DNA of 61,883 bases, the filler included, from Choristocarpus tenellus KU-1152 (lineage: Eukaryota > Protista > Phaeophyceae): assembly GCA_964200185.2 (NCBI GenBank). It is 10 parts of 10 records of this genome, joined end to end, with 100 filler letters (N's around TTAATTAATTAA, not from the genome) between each part and the next. Parts side by side here need not be neighbours in the genome. Positions count along the whole stretch, not along the records: positions 26,029 to 31,019 come from CAXNAD020012253.1; positions 31,120 to 33,945 come from CAXNAD020024415.1; positions 34,046 to 38,461 come from CAXNAD020014660.1; 7 more parts are not named here. One strand, written 5' to 3'. Shown piece by piece: positions 26,029-36,369 of the stretch. Positions within the stretch are counted from its first letter, which is position 1, and every line of letters begins with the position of its first letter. A model generated the notes under the pieces. That model made no database searches. It was not told the origin of the DNA and saw nothing but the letters and a program-made list of their open reading frames with translations. The translations under genes were made by a program, and so were the position numbers.

Positions 26029-27339
26029 GGAAGAGGATCATTGGGTATGGGCCTGGGGGAAATTCGGGCCAATCCTGGTGGGGGGGGGAATGCTTCAAAG
26101 AAGGGGGGGATAGAGGGCTGCACACCAGGCTCAGGGGTAGGGGATGGGCTCTTCAAAATGGACAACCACAGATCCAGGGAGGGGGGCAGTGACAGACAGG
26201 GGAAGGGAACCAGACCCAGCTGGGGACAGCAGGAGGTCACAACCGTGGGCAGTTTCAGATTCAGGGACCGCTCCAAGAAGCAAAGTCATTCTGTCTAGGG
26301 TCAACAAACGTTTTGAGTTGGTTGTGCTTCCTTCTTATCCGCCACTGTGGCGACGCCCTACATCTCTGGTGAACCCCCAACACAAATCAGCGTGAGTACC
26401 ACTGTTATGGGACCTGGTTCTGTGCAATGGGGGGTGATGAGAACCATCAGGGACGAGGTTCAGAAAGGAAGTGAGAGATGAGTCCGAGGGATGCTGGGTA
26501 TATGTTGACAGCCTCACAGTGATGTGGACCAATCTCCACTGCAATTGTTTGTGACCATTGAGAGCAGAAAACACAATCTCGGACTTTGCTGGTTCGAATC
26601 GACCTTTCATGTTGGGGTTACCAGGAGCTGGTCATGCGTCTGACCCAAACCACATCACTTGGGCTGGCCTCAACATAAGGTAGCCTGTGGAAATTTACAT
26701 GACTCCGTGCATTATCCTGATGAATGTTGCAAGATCCAAAAAGGGCACATGTCCCTTACATATATATCTATCTGTAAGAAGTTTTATAGTGTAGTAGTGT
26801 TATGTGAAATATATTGATTATACTTCAGAATATGACAATATATCGTACCTACAGGATAGATATACTATGTACTTCAGTCAATTCGAGCAAATCTCTTATC
26901 TATGCTAAAAAAAAAATCGAAATTCCGAATGTTTGTATTCCTTGGTCCTTATCTACTACCGTATTGACAGTCGCCTTCTACATCAACTTTGGCGTGCAAT
27001 AACTTTTGATCAACAACAATTTTTTCGATAAACATCCGTTGGTTATAATCGCGTCAGCATGCTTAACCCTATTTGATGGGTCTCGGTTGACCAACTTACA
27101 GTAATCGTGAGAAATTCAGGATCATATTACATCAAGTAGTTCGTGCGCACGTTTCGCACGCGAACCGCGCATTTAAGGATATTTTTGGCTCCACAAGAGG
27201 CTATCTTCACCCAGAGATCGTGGGCGTTCTTGTCTCTTCATTCTCACTCCATTATATGCGATGATGTCACCTGCTGGCTAAGGCTCGCTCATGGGGGTCC
27301 AGGCCTCTGAACCAGATAATCTATGCCAAGTCAAATGAG

Positions 27340-27662
27340 TTATTCTGAAGGTGCTGGCCTCCTGTGAGACTTAAATGTCTTGTACACCCTGTCCAATTTG
27401 ATGCACTCCATGCTTTTCTCGTTGGAATATATCAGGTGGTAAGGAATACTCATCCTGAAGAACCTCTCCACAATTACTCTGGACTGCCCCCCTTTCTCCA
27501 CTGAAAGGAATGCTGACTTTCATTCCAGGCAACGTGTAGTCACAATGGCATCGGACATGGTGCTTCACCCGCCCCCAGACTATCTCTATCGGGCCCAATT
27601 CACAGTGGTACTTTGGAAGCATCAAGCAGTGCTCTCCAAGACGCTCAACCAGAATCTTGTCC
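27340..27662 (-). mobile_element. IS630/Tc1-superfamily (DDE_3-like) transposase C-terminal remnant, frameshifted
   Basis: ILVERLGEHCLMLPKYHCELGPIEIVWGRVKHHVRCHCDYT matches the LPKFHCELNPIExxW catalytic-Glu motif. Downstream frames give IVERFFR and VYKTFKSHRR, the typical C-terminal motif of these eukaryotic elements. Confidence 0.8.
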
Positions 27663-27719
27663 TGTGAGTGGCTTAAACAGTATCAAGCCGAGGTTAGACC
27701 ATGTACCGTTTTGGCGGGT

Positions 27720-28034
27720 ACCAATCTTGATTTGTTTGAAAAGGTTGCCCAACGAGTTAATCGATGCTCACCATATCAAATGAACGGTCTCGATCCACGC
27801 TATCGACTTCCGTAAAGGAATTCTTTCGTAAAAATAAGTTTGGTCGTGATAATTCATTCCGGCACATTTTCAAGGTTGTGCCGAAAATATTCGGTTAAAA
27901 TTTAATCTTACCAAAATAATTTTGCTAAACGGATTACGTTCCCGAAACCAATAACTTAGGTCAAGAGTTTTCATTCGATATGCTGATCGTCATTTAACTC
28001 GTTGGGCAACCCTTTCAAAAAAATCAAGACTGGT
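27720..28034. mobile_element. MITE-like element D with TIRs of about 41 bp
   Basis: ACCAATCTTGATTTGTTTGAAAAGGTTGCCCAACGAGTTAA ... TTAACTCGTTGGGCAACCCTTTCAAAAAAATCAAGACTGGT. No clear TSD. Confidence 0.75.
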
Positions 28035-29772
28035 CTCATCCTAGGGGTGACTGCCAATACTATCTTGAAAAATATATTGAGGATATATATTTAGTTATTT
28101 ATATAACAGACATACGACGGGTGGAATAATAATACTACTACTTAGGAACTCGACCAACAAAATAATTATGTTTGGTATTTTCCCTCGGCGTCCAGCATTC
28201 AGGATGCAACCATTACATGTTTGATGTACAAAATGAACAGAAACGACAACATTTAGCCTTGCGTGTGTGGCGGTGTTTGACAGATTTACGACCTTCAGTC
28301 ACAGAGATCAACGAATACAAAGAAGGCAATAATAAGGCATATAGAGGCTTCACCAAGAGGTCCTGGATAGAGAGCAAGGTGGGTGCAATGATCACCACTC
28401 TTAACCAACATGCCCATTCATTTTGCTTTAGGGTCTTACCCTAGTGGTCGGCTCGACAACGATCGACCATCGCCATCGACATATTGTTGAATATATATAG
28501 AGGTTGCACGAGACCTGGCTGTCAGCCGCCAAGATCGTGTAGGAGGGGGCCACAATACCTTAATGCTATCCCTCACCAATCCCTGATCTCATACCCCCGT
28601 GGCTTTGGGAGATGTATTGTCTTGTGTGTTGTTCTGGGCTCGACCTAATCGCAAGCATCGTTTGTTCAGCATTCCATATCAAACTGCGAGGGTTATCGAA
28701 TTGAATATTCTATGTCGTAGCAAGACGTGCGCAGGATAGCAACCAACAACAAACGTCGCAAGACGCCGCTGCAGCTGATTGGGAGTTGAAAGCACGAATC
28801 AGACCTCATTCATTGGAGTCCCAGAGCTTTGTTTCGCTTCAAAGTAGTATATATGTTTTAAGGTTGGTAGGACGAGTATTTCGTGTGAAACCAAAAACCT
28901 TGATTTGTGTGGCATTCAATCGTCCATGACTCGAGCCGAGAAAGTGGTCGCAGCTGAGTAATGTTCGAGCCGACCCCCTGCTGCGGGTCTACTTCTTCTT
29001 CTTGGTTGCCTTAACAGTGGCGACCAACCGTGCCGTCCCCCCAACACGACATGCGTGGAAACAGCAGATGTCCATGTGGGATGATTACCGCGTTGGCAGC
29101 ACTGTCATGGTTGTGCAAGCTGGGAGTTAAGGATGCGGTGGATAGTTTAATCTCCTTCGGAAGGACTCTTGAACAAGCCTTTTCAAGACTGGCAGCAGAC
29201 CTTCAAGAGCAGGCAAGGACACCCCAGGACGGGGCAGTGTGGCAATGTAACGATTACTTCTCGGAACTGCGAGTACTCTCCGCTATCACCTCCTTCTCTA
29301 TAGAAATATAGAAATATTGACTGCCCGAGTTGTGCGACATTGTTCCTTTCCATCCACGGGCGAGGATGGGGCTGAGACTCAATGCTGATGCAAGAAGTCG
29401 GTATACTTCTTTCCGTACCCTTTGTTTGGTAGAGCTGTAAGCGATTGCCCTTTCAATTCGTCGTGGACAACAATATGTGCTGCTCAGTGGCTGCTGGCTA
29501 CTTTTGGTTGATCCTCCGAACGGACGAAGTGAATCGACGGCCATGTTGTGCAGTAGTGGTGCATACTTCACGGCGTCAGTGGGTCTGCATATACTCTGCC
29601 TCATCTTCGATCGAAGTTTCCCACTATGGTGAAGCCCCTATACATTGACCTACCAAATATTGTCGACAGAAAGCAGAAAGCAGAAATGTAGAAGCTGCCG
29701 ACAACCGTTTTCCTCTTTGCTGAGCAGGGATTCCTCTCGCTTACAAGCATTGCTCGCCCCCAAAGGTCTTTA

Positions 29773-30480
29773 GAAGTAAAGTAAACGAGAGGTGCCCAGG
29801 TTTTGACTGATTGGCATTTTTAGGTAGTATTTAAATCTTTTCCAATTCACCCAAAAATCTGGAGATGAAGCGCTAAGATTGACTTGAGAAGGTTAATTTA
29901 TCTATTGTTTGAAAAATGCCGACACGATTAAGAAAATATCCGATACACATTTGACTCAAAGTAATGTAAACGAGAGGTACCCAGGTTTTGAGTGATTTAC
30001 ATTTAGCCAGTATTGAAATCTTTCGTAATTCATCCAATAATCTATGGATGAAGTGCTAAGATTGACTTGAGAAGGTAATTTTATCTATTGTTTGAAAAAT
30101 GCCAACACGATTCAGAAAATATCCAGCATACATTCGAAAAAAATAGATACATTTTACATATATTTGTCATCATCTTTAAAGATGCAGCTCTGGGTACCTC
30201 TCGTTTAGAGTGAAAGTATCTTAGAGAGTACGAATTTTTCCCTGTTTGTCCATTTGAGGCTTGGCTTCCCACGTTAAATATATATATATTTTTTCCTACT
30301 TCAAAATGTTTTGGAGTAGATAAAATGTATACCTTATGAGAAGGTGGGTCCGAAACAAGCATATTTACACTTCCTAACAAACACAATAGCCAAAACTACA
30401 TCAAAATCGCAACATTGGATTTATGCCCCCAAACGGATGCGACTCCACCCTCTAAGATACCTTGATTCTTACTTTCACTC
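29773..30480. mobile_element. Two tandem MITE family C units; the right TIR of the second is interrupted by a family A insertion
   Basis: GTAAACGAGAGGTRCCCAGGTTTTGA starts at about 29781 and again at about 29966, followed by near-identical bodies. The right TIR GGGTACCTCTCGTTTA[A element]CTTTCACTC is split. Confidence 0.8.
30208..30468. mobile_element. MITE family A nested in the family C TIR, TSD TTA
   Basis: tta|GAGTGAAAGTATCTTAGA ... TCTAAGATACCTTGATTC|tta. Confidence 0.92.
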
Positions 30481-31019
30481 CTAACCCTGCCCACAACTTG
30501 CTCACGCATTGTGCTTTTCTTGTGGTGTTCTGTGTTTATCTGGGTCCTAAGGTTGTGGTCTTGCTGGCCACTCTGTGTAATCCCTGCTGTGGTGATTGTT
30601 GTGCTGCTCGTCCTGGTCTTGCGAAGGTGAACTTCTCCAGGGGGGAATCTCCCCATGCCATGCCCTCGAGTGATCAGCGCTGGTATCCCTGGTTCGATCG
30701 GAGGGTTTGAACCTCATGGCCGGTACCAGCGAGGGTGCGTTGGAAAGAGCCCCATCTTCACTGAGGACACTACTTCAAACCCACGTAATCGTGCACCCTG
30801 GAGTCGAGAGGTTTTCAGGGCATTCAACAGTCATGACGGCCTTGACGTCTTGAGGGCACATTTTGGGGAGGAGGCTTTGGCATGGTGAGACTGGCAACAC
30901 AAGAATTAAAGGAACAATGTTGTTAAAGAGAGGAAATTCCTACTAATAGTACTTACAATATGTTGAAAATACCCCAAGGTAGGTCATGACGCATGGGGTC
31001 AAAGTATCTGGGGGGGGGG

Positions 31020-31119
31020 NNNNNNNNNNNNNNNNNNNNNNNNNNNNNNNNNNNNNNNNNNNNTTAATTAATTAANNNNNNNNNNNNNNNNNNNNNNNNN
31101 NNNNNNNNNNNNNNNNNNN
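31020..31119. other. Artificial contig linker
   Basis: N44-TTAATTAATTAA-N44. Confidence 0.99.
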
Positions 31120-31328
31120 GGCTTGGCTTCCCTCAGGGTTTCTTATGACATTTTCCTGCACCAAAATATATCGGAGTAGGTAAAATGTGTACGTTATGAA
31201 AAGGTGTGTCCGGAACAAGGATATTGACACTTCTTAACAAACACGATAACCAAAATTACATCAAAATCGCAACATTGGATTTTGGCCCCTAAATGGACGC
31301 GTCTCAACCCTCTAAGATACTTTGGCTC
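31120..31328. mobile_element. MITE family A, partial (contig start)
   Basis: Ends ...CCCTCTAAGATACTTTGGCTC. Confidence 0.88.
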
Positions 31329-31330
31329 TA

Positions 31331-31575
31331 CCACAAGTGTAATTGCGGCCACATCCTCTACTCCCGAAGAACTGACACAAGGTAGGGGTGATTTGAAGAA
31401 GGCTTTATCTACGAAGGTGTTTGCAAACCCACAGCTGACGCTTTCTGAACAAGAGGAATTGCTAGGTATTGTGGGTAAATTCGGCCCAGTCTTTTCATTA
31501 TGTGAAAACGAACTAGGTTGCTGCACCACTACTTCTGTTGACTTTCCACTACAATCAGGCACTAAACCGGCTACT
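31331..31575 (+). mobile_element. Ty3/Gypsy pol remnant (linker between protease and RT)
   Basis: NPQLTLSEQEELLGIVGKFGPVFSLCENELGCCTTTSVDFPLQSGTKP resembles the LxxxQxxxLxxLLxxFxxVFS...xLG......IxLxxGxxP stretch just before Gypsy RT. It is cut by a family B terminus (CCAAAGTATCTGGGAGGGGG) at about 31578. Confidence 0.7.
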
Positions 31576-32976
31576 AACCAAAGTATCTGGGAGGGGGTGT
31601 CGGCGTCCGTTTTTCACCTTTTTTTCTATTTTCACTTTTTGGTGTGATTTGGTTGCACGTGTCGGATTTGAAATGTCAGAAAAAAAAAGAAGACTGTTGG
31701 TTAGGTTCCTTTCTGTCCTTGCGTACGCAAGAGGAATGGGAATGTATGCCACCATTTATTTGGGTTTGGTTAGGAGTTTCGACGTTTGCATGTGTCGGAT
31801 TTCGAGCCTGTTCAAACTGGACTATTGGTTTATGTATGTTGGTCGTGCAGTTACGATGAAGAATAAGAGATATGGGTTAGGTTTTTGCAGGGCTGGTTAT
31901 TGGTTTGTTTGGATGCATAAGTGGGGTTTGGTTAGCACATAAAGAGGGCTGTCGGTTAGGTTGTGTTTTCCCACTGTTAGAATGAGGAATTGAAAAAAAG
32001 ACTATGGACAGTTGCGAGGTTTTTTTTGTTTGTTTATTTGCTTGCATGAGTGGTGTCTGGTATGTACATAAAGAGAACTGTCAGTTAGGGCCTGTTCTCC
32101 AGGTGTGTGCACGAGGAATCAAAACATGTATCATGTACTGTTTTAAATGTAGTACTTCGTTTATTTGCGTGTATGTGTCAGATTTAGTGTATAAACAGAC
32201 GTGGTTGTCGCTGAGGGTGTTAGGGTTGAAGTTGTTGGTATGAAGGAAGGGAAAGGAGGGTCAGGTTCGTTTTCGGGTTAGTGTACTGTATCTTTCATGT
32301 AATGTGTGGACGGATTCTGGACGTGTATACGAATGGTTATTGGTCAAGGTCTATTGTCGTACCTTTCTCTGAAAGTATTTCAAGATACACTTCCAGAGGT
32401 CCTGGGTTGGTGCTGTGCTTAGGAGCATCCTGCGTAGACTTCGGTATATGATCCTCTAAGATTTGAAGGAGGGCGAGATCGGTTCTAGTTTGTCGACACT
32501 TGGACAAAGCATGAGATGGTGCATAGAGTATCGAGAAGCAGGGGGGAGGTGCGCTATAGTGTTCAAGGAATAAATAGTGGCTTCGAGAAGGACAGGGTAT
32601 CCATCGCAGGCCCTGGCGAATTGTTTGAAAAGGTTAGCTGAGAAGATGGAGAAGAGATGTTTAATTGATATATTTTAGTTGTCTAAACCTTGTAGCAGAC
32701 ACGCTCTTTTAAACAAGTAATAACACAGGTCTAATCCTCAGCATGAGCATGATATATGATACGCTGACGACTCTGACTGGTAGCAATGTATCCGATACCA
32801 CTGTCTAATTGCATAACTCATCGAATGGAAAGTGCATGAACATGGTAGTCGGACACCAAGGCAAGGTACACTGATGCATAAGTCAGTGTACCTGTAACTC
32901 GATCCGTACTTCAACAAAAAAACTGAAACGACTGAACCCCTATTTCAATTGGTGGGCGGACTCGAAATTGTATTCG

Positions 32977-33516
32977 TCACCACTCTGCAAGCTTAGGGTA
33001 TGCCTCGACAAGAAGGTACCATAGGTTGAGGCGTGTAGAGTACTTGCTGTTCCAAGGTTCGGGCTTCATGAGGCTTGAGAAGATGGCCTTCCTAGCACGG
33101 AGTACTTCCACATGCTCGGGATGTAACGTGTTGCCTGGCTTCCCTCCACGATTGCCAAGTTGAACCTGTGTGGGCTCGTGGACGTAGCATTCATCCCCGA
33201 AAACAAGAGAAACGGCCCCTTTACCGGCCTTGATGATCCTGAACCCATGTTCGTGTATGACTTTGGTGAGGATGTGAATCTGCACTCGATACTGTGAAGA
33301 ACCAGGTTTCGTTGCCGATCGTAGGAGCTCGGTAACGCACGCCTCCATGAAGGCTTCGGTGATCCCCACCTCGGATGCATCGCCGGAATCGACCGAGTCC
33401 TGTGTGACACAATCCTCATCACCATGTGATGACCTTTCATCGTCATCGTCGTACCTCGAGGTAGATGAACACGGATTTACCACGTATCTGCCCTTTTTTA
33501 GCAGAAGCGAAGACAT
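32977..33516 (-). CDS. Uninterrupted 179-aa ORF of unknown function, probably transposon-derived
   Basis: GC-rich, stop-free ORF with an acidic N-terminal patch. LGNRGGKPGNTLHPEHVEVL loosely recalls the HGNxGxxPxN segment of Sola-type transposases. No catalytic motif is seen. Confidence 0.35.
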   Translation of the reverse strand: MSSLLLKKGRYVVNPCSSTSRYDDDDERSSHGDEDCVTQDSVDSGDASEVGITEAFMEACVTELLRSATKPGSSQYRVQIHILTKVIHEHGFRIIKAGKGAVSLVFGDECYVHEPTQVQLGNRGGKPGNTLHPEHVEVLRARKAIFSSLMKPEPWNSKYSTRLNLWYLLVEAYPKLAEW

Positions 33517-33945
33517 CTGCGAAGAAGCCAGGTTCTAAAGAGCTGCCATCAGGACCACGAGGCTGTTTGAAGGGTCTCATCTGTCCAGCACCTTAACTTG
33601 GCCTCCGGGCGAACACGTCCACTGTATTTCGAAAACAATTTCATCACTAACAGATGCCCGGATGATCCCTCATATCCTGGTGCACTTCATGGATTAATCT
33701 TTATAACATGTTTATCCTCGACCAACAAAACTTCAACATAACACTACATATACATGGTGCAACCAACGTGACAACAGGTCACAGATTGGGACAGATGAGG
33801 ATGTCTACGCCATCTTCAGAGAGATATTCGAACAGGAGGGGATGTCAGGACCAATACCCTGTCTGTCGACATTCGTGAAGTAGAGACCGTTCTACATCAC
33901 AAAGGCCACGACAAGGTGTGTGCGGAATAGTCTTTCAACTTTTAG

Positions 33946-34045
33946 NNNNNNNNNNNNNNNNNNNNNNNNNNNNNNNNNNNNNNNNNNNNTTAATTAATTA
34001 ANNNNNNNNNNNNNNNNNNNNNNNNNNNNNNNNNNNNNNNNNNNN
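33946..34045. other. Artificial contig linker
   Basis: N44-TTAATTAATTAA-N44. Confidence 0.99.
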
Positions 34046-34299
34046 CCAAAGTATCTTAGAGGGTAGAGCCACGTCCATTTGGGGGCCAAAATCCAGGGTT
34101 GCGATTTCAATGTAAATTTGGCTATCGTGTTTGTTAGGAAGTGTCAACATGCTAGTTCCAAACACACCTTTCATAACATTAACATTTTACCTACTCCGAA
34201 ATATTTTGGACTACGAAAATGTCATAAAAACCCTAAGGGACACCAAGCCCCAAATGGACAAACAGGGCAAAACTCGTACCCTCTAAGATACTTTCACTC
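34046..34299. mobile_element. MITE family A, nearly full (contig start), in the methyltransferase intron
   Basis: CCAAAGTATCTTAGAGGGTAG ... TACCCTCTAAGATACTTTCACTC. Confidence 0.9.
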
Positions 34300-34351
34300 A
34301 TGAGCAATTTTTCACTACTACTGTACACTGAAATAATCATGCCTTTCTCAC

Positions 34352-36036
34352 CACTACAAAATCAAAGTTCCCCTCAGCCGCCTCCCCACAGTCAGGGATT
34401 GCCTGTCCCCATTGTAGCTCCTCCACGACCGGCTCTATCAGTGCAGTTTCAGACCTCTCTTCCTCTTCCTTCCTCTGCCCGCTGGTGCAGCAGGGACTGG
34501 CGGTGGAACAACTACTGGACTGGAGGGTCTCTAGTCCATCAAAAGTTTCTCGCACATTGTGCCTGAGTATGGGCAACGCCTCTGCAAGGTCTGTCATTAT
34601 CACCTGTGGGTATGATATGATATGATATGGGTAGCAGGACAACAGAATTGAAGTACTAACTCCTCATCTTATCACTACTGGAGTAGTGAGTTCCACAAAA
34701 AGGGGAGCAGTAACCTCCCCCCCCTGTCGTTACATAACTGAATTTCAATCAAGTTGCAAGTTACATGGTTGTTTTGAACACGTTTCTTCAGTTAGCTACT
34801 TATACCAACCAACACTTCAAAGCAATATTTCCATGTGCATTTGTTGCTGACAGGGGCATGCAACATCTCGACAAAAGAGAACAGTGCATAGAGCCCCTTT
34901 ATACATTGAAGAGACAACCTGAGGCATACTTGCTGCACTTTCCACAAGGGCTGTAACACTTCAAACAATCGAGGACATTCACGAAAGCTCGAGGAATGCA
35001 GTCTGTCAAGCCTTTTTTTTCTCTTTCTCATTCTTCTCCTAGGCGGCCAGTTGAAGCGACAAGACTTCAACATAAAGCATCGTGATCCGAAACAGCTATC
35101 CCAATTAGCTCATAGAGGGTGGGAAGTGAGGCGTTTGACACGCAGGTTCCACCATTTCACCTTTGCTCCCAGAAGGGCCAGGGTGAGCCCCACCAAGCCT
35201 GTTCCGGCTCCCAGCTCAAGGACTCGCTTGCCCCGAAACGCATGGCGAGGAAACTGGCTTTCATCCTGAACTAGCAGTGGGCCGTTGAAGGAGGCAATGT
35301 AATCTAGGCGTGGATTCCACTAATGGAACTTCACTTGGCATGGAAAGGGAGTACCCAAGCGAGGTATACTTGCATTGACAAGAGATTTTTCAGTGAAAAA
35401 ATTCTCAACTGAAGTATGTAAATGAGAGTGCGTCGGCATTTGTATAACCTCGTAAAGTGCTATAGAGTTTTACAAGTCTGGCAAACGTGGTATCAACAAC
35501 GTACCACATCAACGGCTAGGACAAAAACCTTGTCCTTGCAATCCGAAGGCCCAGAGAAGATGCACTGCGCGGCAAGCATAAAGTGGAAATCCTCTCCAGG
35601 GGGATTGACAGGGACAGTGGTATGCATAGTCCAGCGGTAGTGGGTAGAGGTCCTACCTGAAATAGATGGTGCATCCAGATAGCCGCCTCCCATACTGTGT
35701 TTGAGAAATGTTGCACGCTCCACCTTTCTTCATTCAGATCCTGCACCTGTACTACCTGATCTCCGACATTGATAGGTTGAGGTTACAGATGTAGGGGACT
35801 CTAAGTGGCATGGTTAAACGAAGATGGTCAACAAGACCCAAACAAACCAAGCACCACCTGAACTCATTTTTGTGTTACCCCTTGTATCACTATCTCTAAC
35901 AGACCTGCTATCTATTGGACGGACTCGCCTTTCCGACCCCAGAGATCTCGAACTCAAGCCTCGGCTGGCACTCCCTTTCCCAAATCTCCTTGAACAAGTC
36001 ATCTTGCTCTTGCTCGGCGTCTGTCATTTCCTTCAT
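34352..36036 (-). CDS. METTL21/Methyltransf_16-family (seven-beta-strand lysine methyltransferase) gene, 5' four exons, 3' end off-contig
   Basis: Exons 36036-35929 (GC donor), 35755 or 35746-35657, 35265-35161 and 34603-34352. Motifs are NTVWEAA, FRGKRVLELGAGTGLVGL (motif I), VIMTDL (post I), LPILRHNV, EELQWG and FDFVV (motif II). Confidence 0.9.
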
Positions 36037-36369
36037 TACCTATTTTGAATTGTGGGGTACACCTATTTCTGTGTTGGTTATGCCGCATCAATAGTAGAAG
36101 TTATTTGGTGGTTTAGATATTCATACGTCAACAGTTGTTCAGAATTGGTCCATATTTATTGAAAGAATATACTTGAGTGTGAATAACCCGGTAGCGGTTA
36201 TTTTGAGATATCTTTTCTGTCCACATAGTTTAACTCTATCGTTCATCCAAATACCATCAACCTCACCTCCACTGGACCAAGTTAGTGAAGATCAGGCAAA
36301 AGTTTGTTTGTGAGGACTCAACACACAAACTGAGTACTTGGTTGGGCCGCTGAACCCCCAGAAGCCACT
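36037..36369. promoter_or_regulatory. Putative bidirectional promoter and 5' UTR region
   Basis: 333 bp lie between the divergent start codons of the methyltransferase gene and SDA1. No specific element was identified. Confidence 0.5.

Noticed and set aside
26610-26675. TGTTGGGG...CCTCAACA as a solo LTR (similar start at 15609)
   Set aside because: It is only about 66 bp, with no TSD, PBS or PPT support.
28260-29260. Plus-strand exon candidates (LRPSVTEINEYKEGNNKAYRGFTKRSWIESK; ORF 29030-29311)
   Set aside because: No family match, and I could not build a consistent exon chain.
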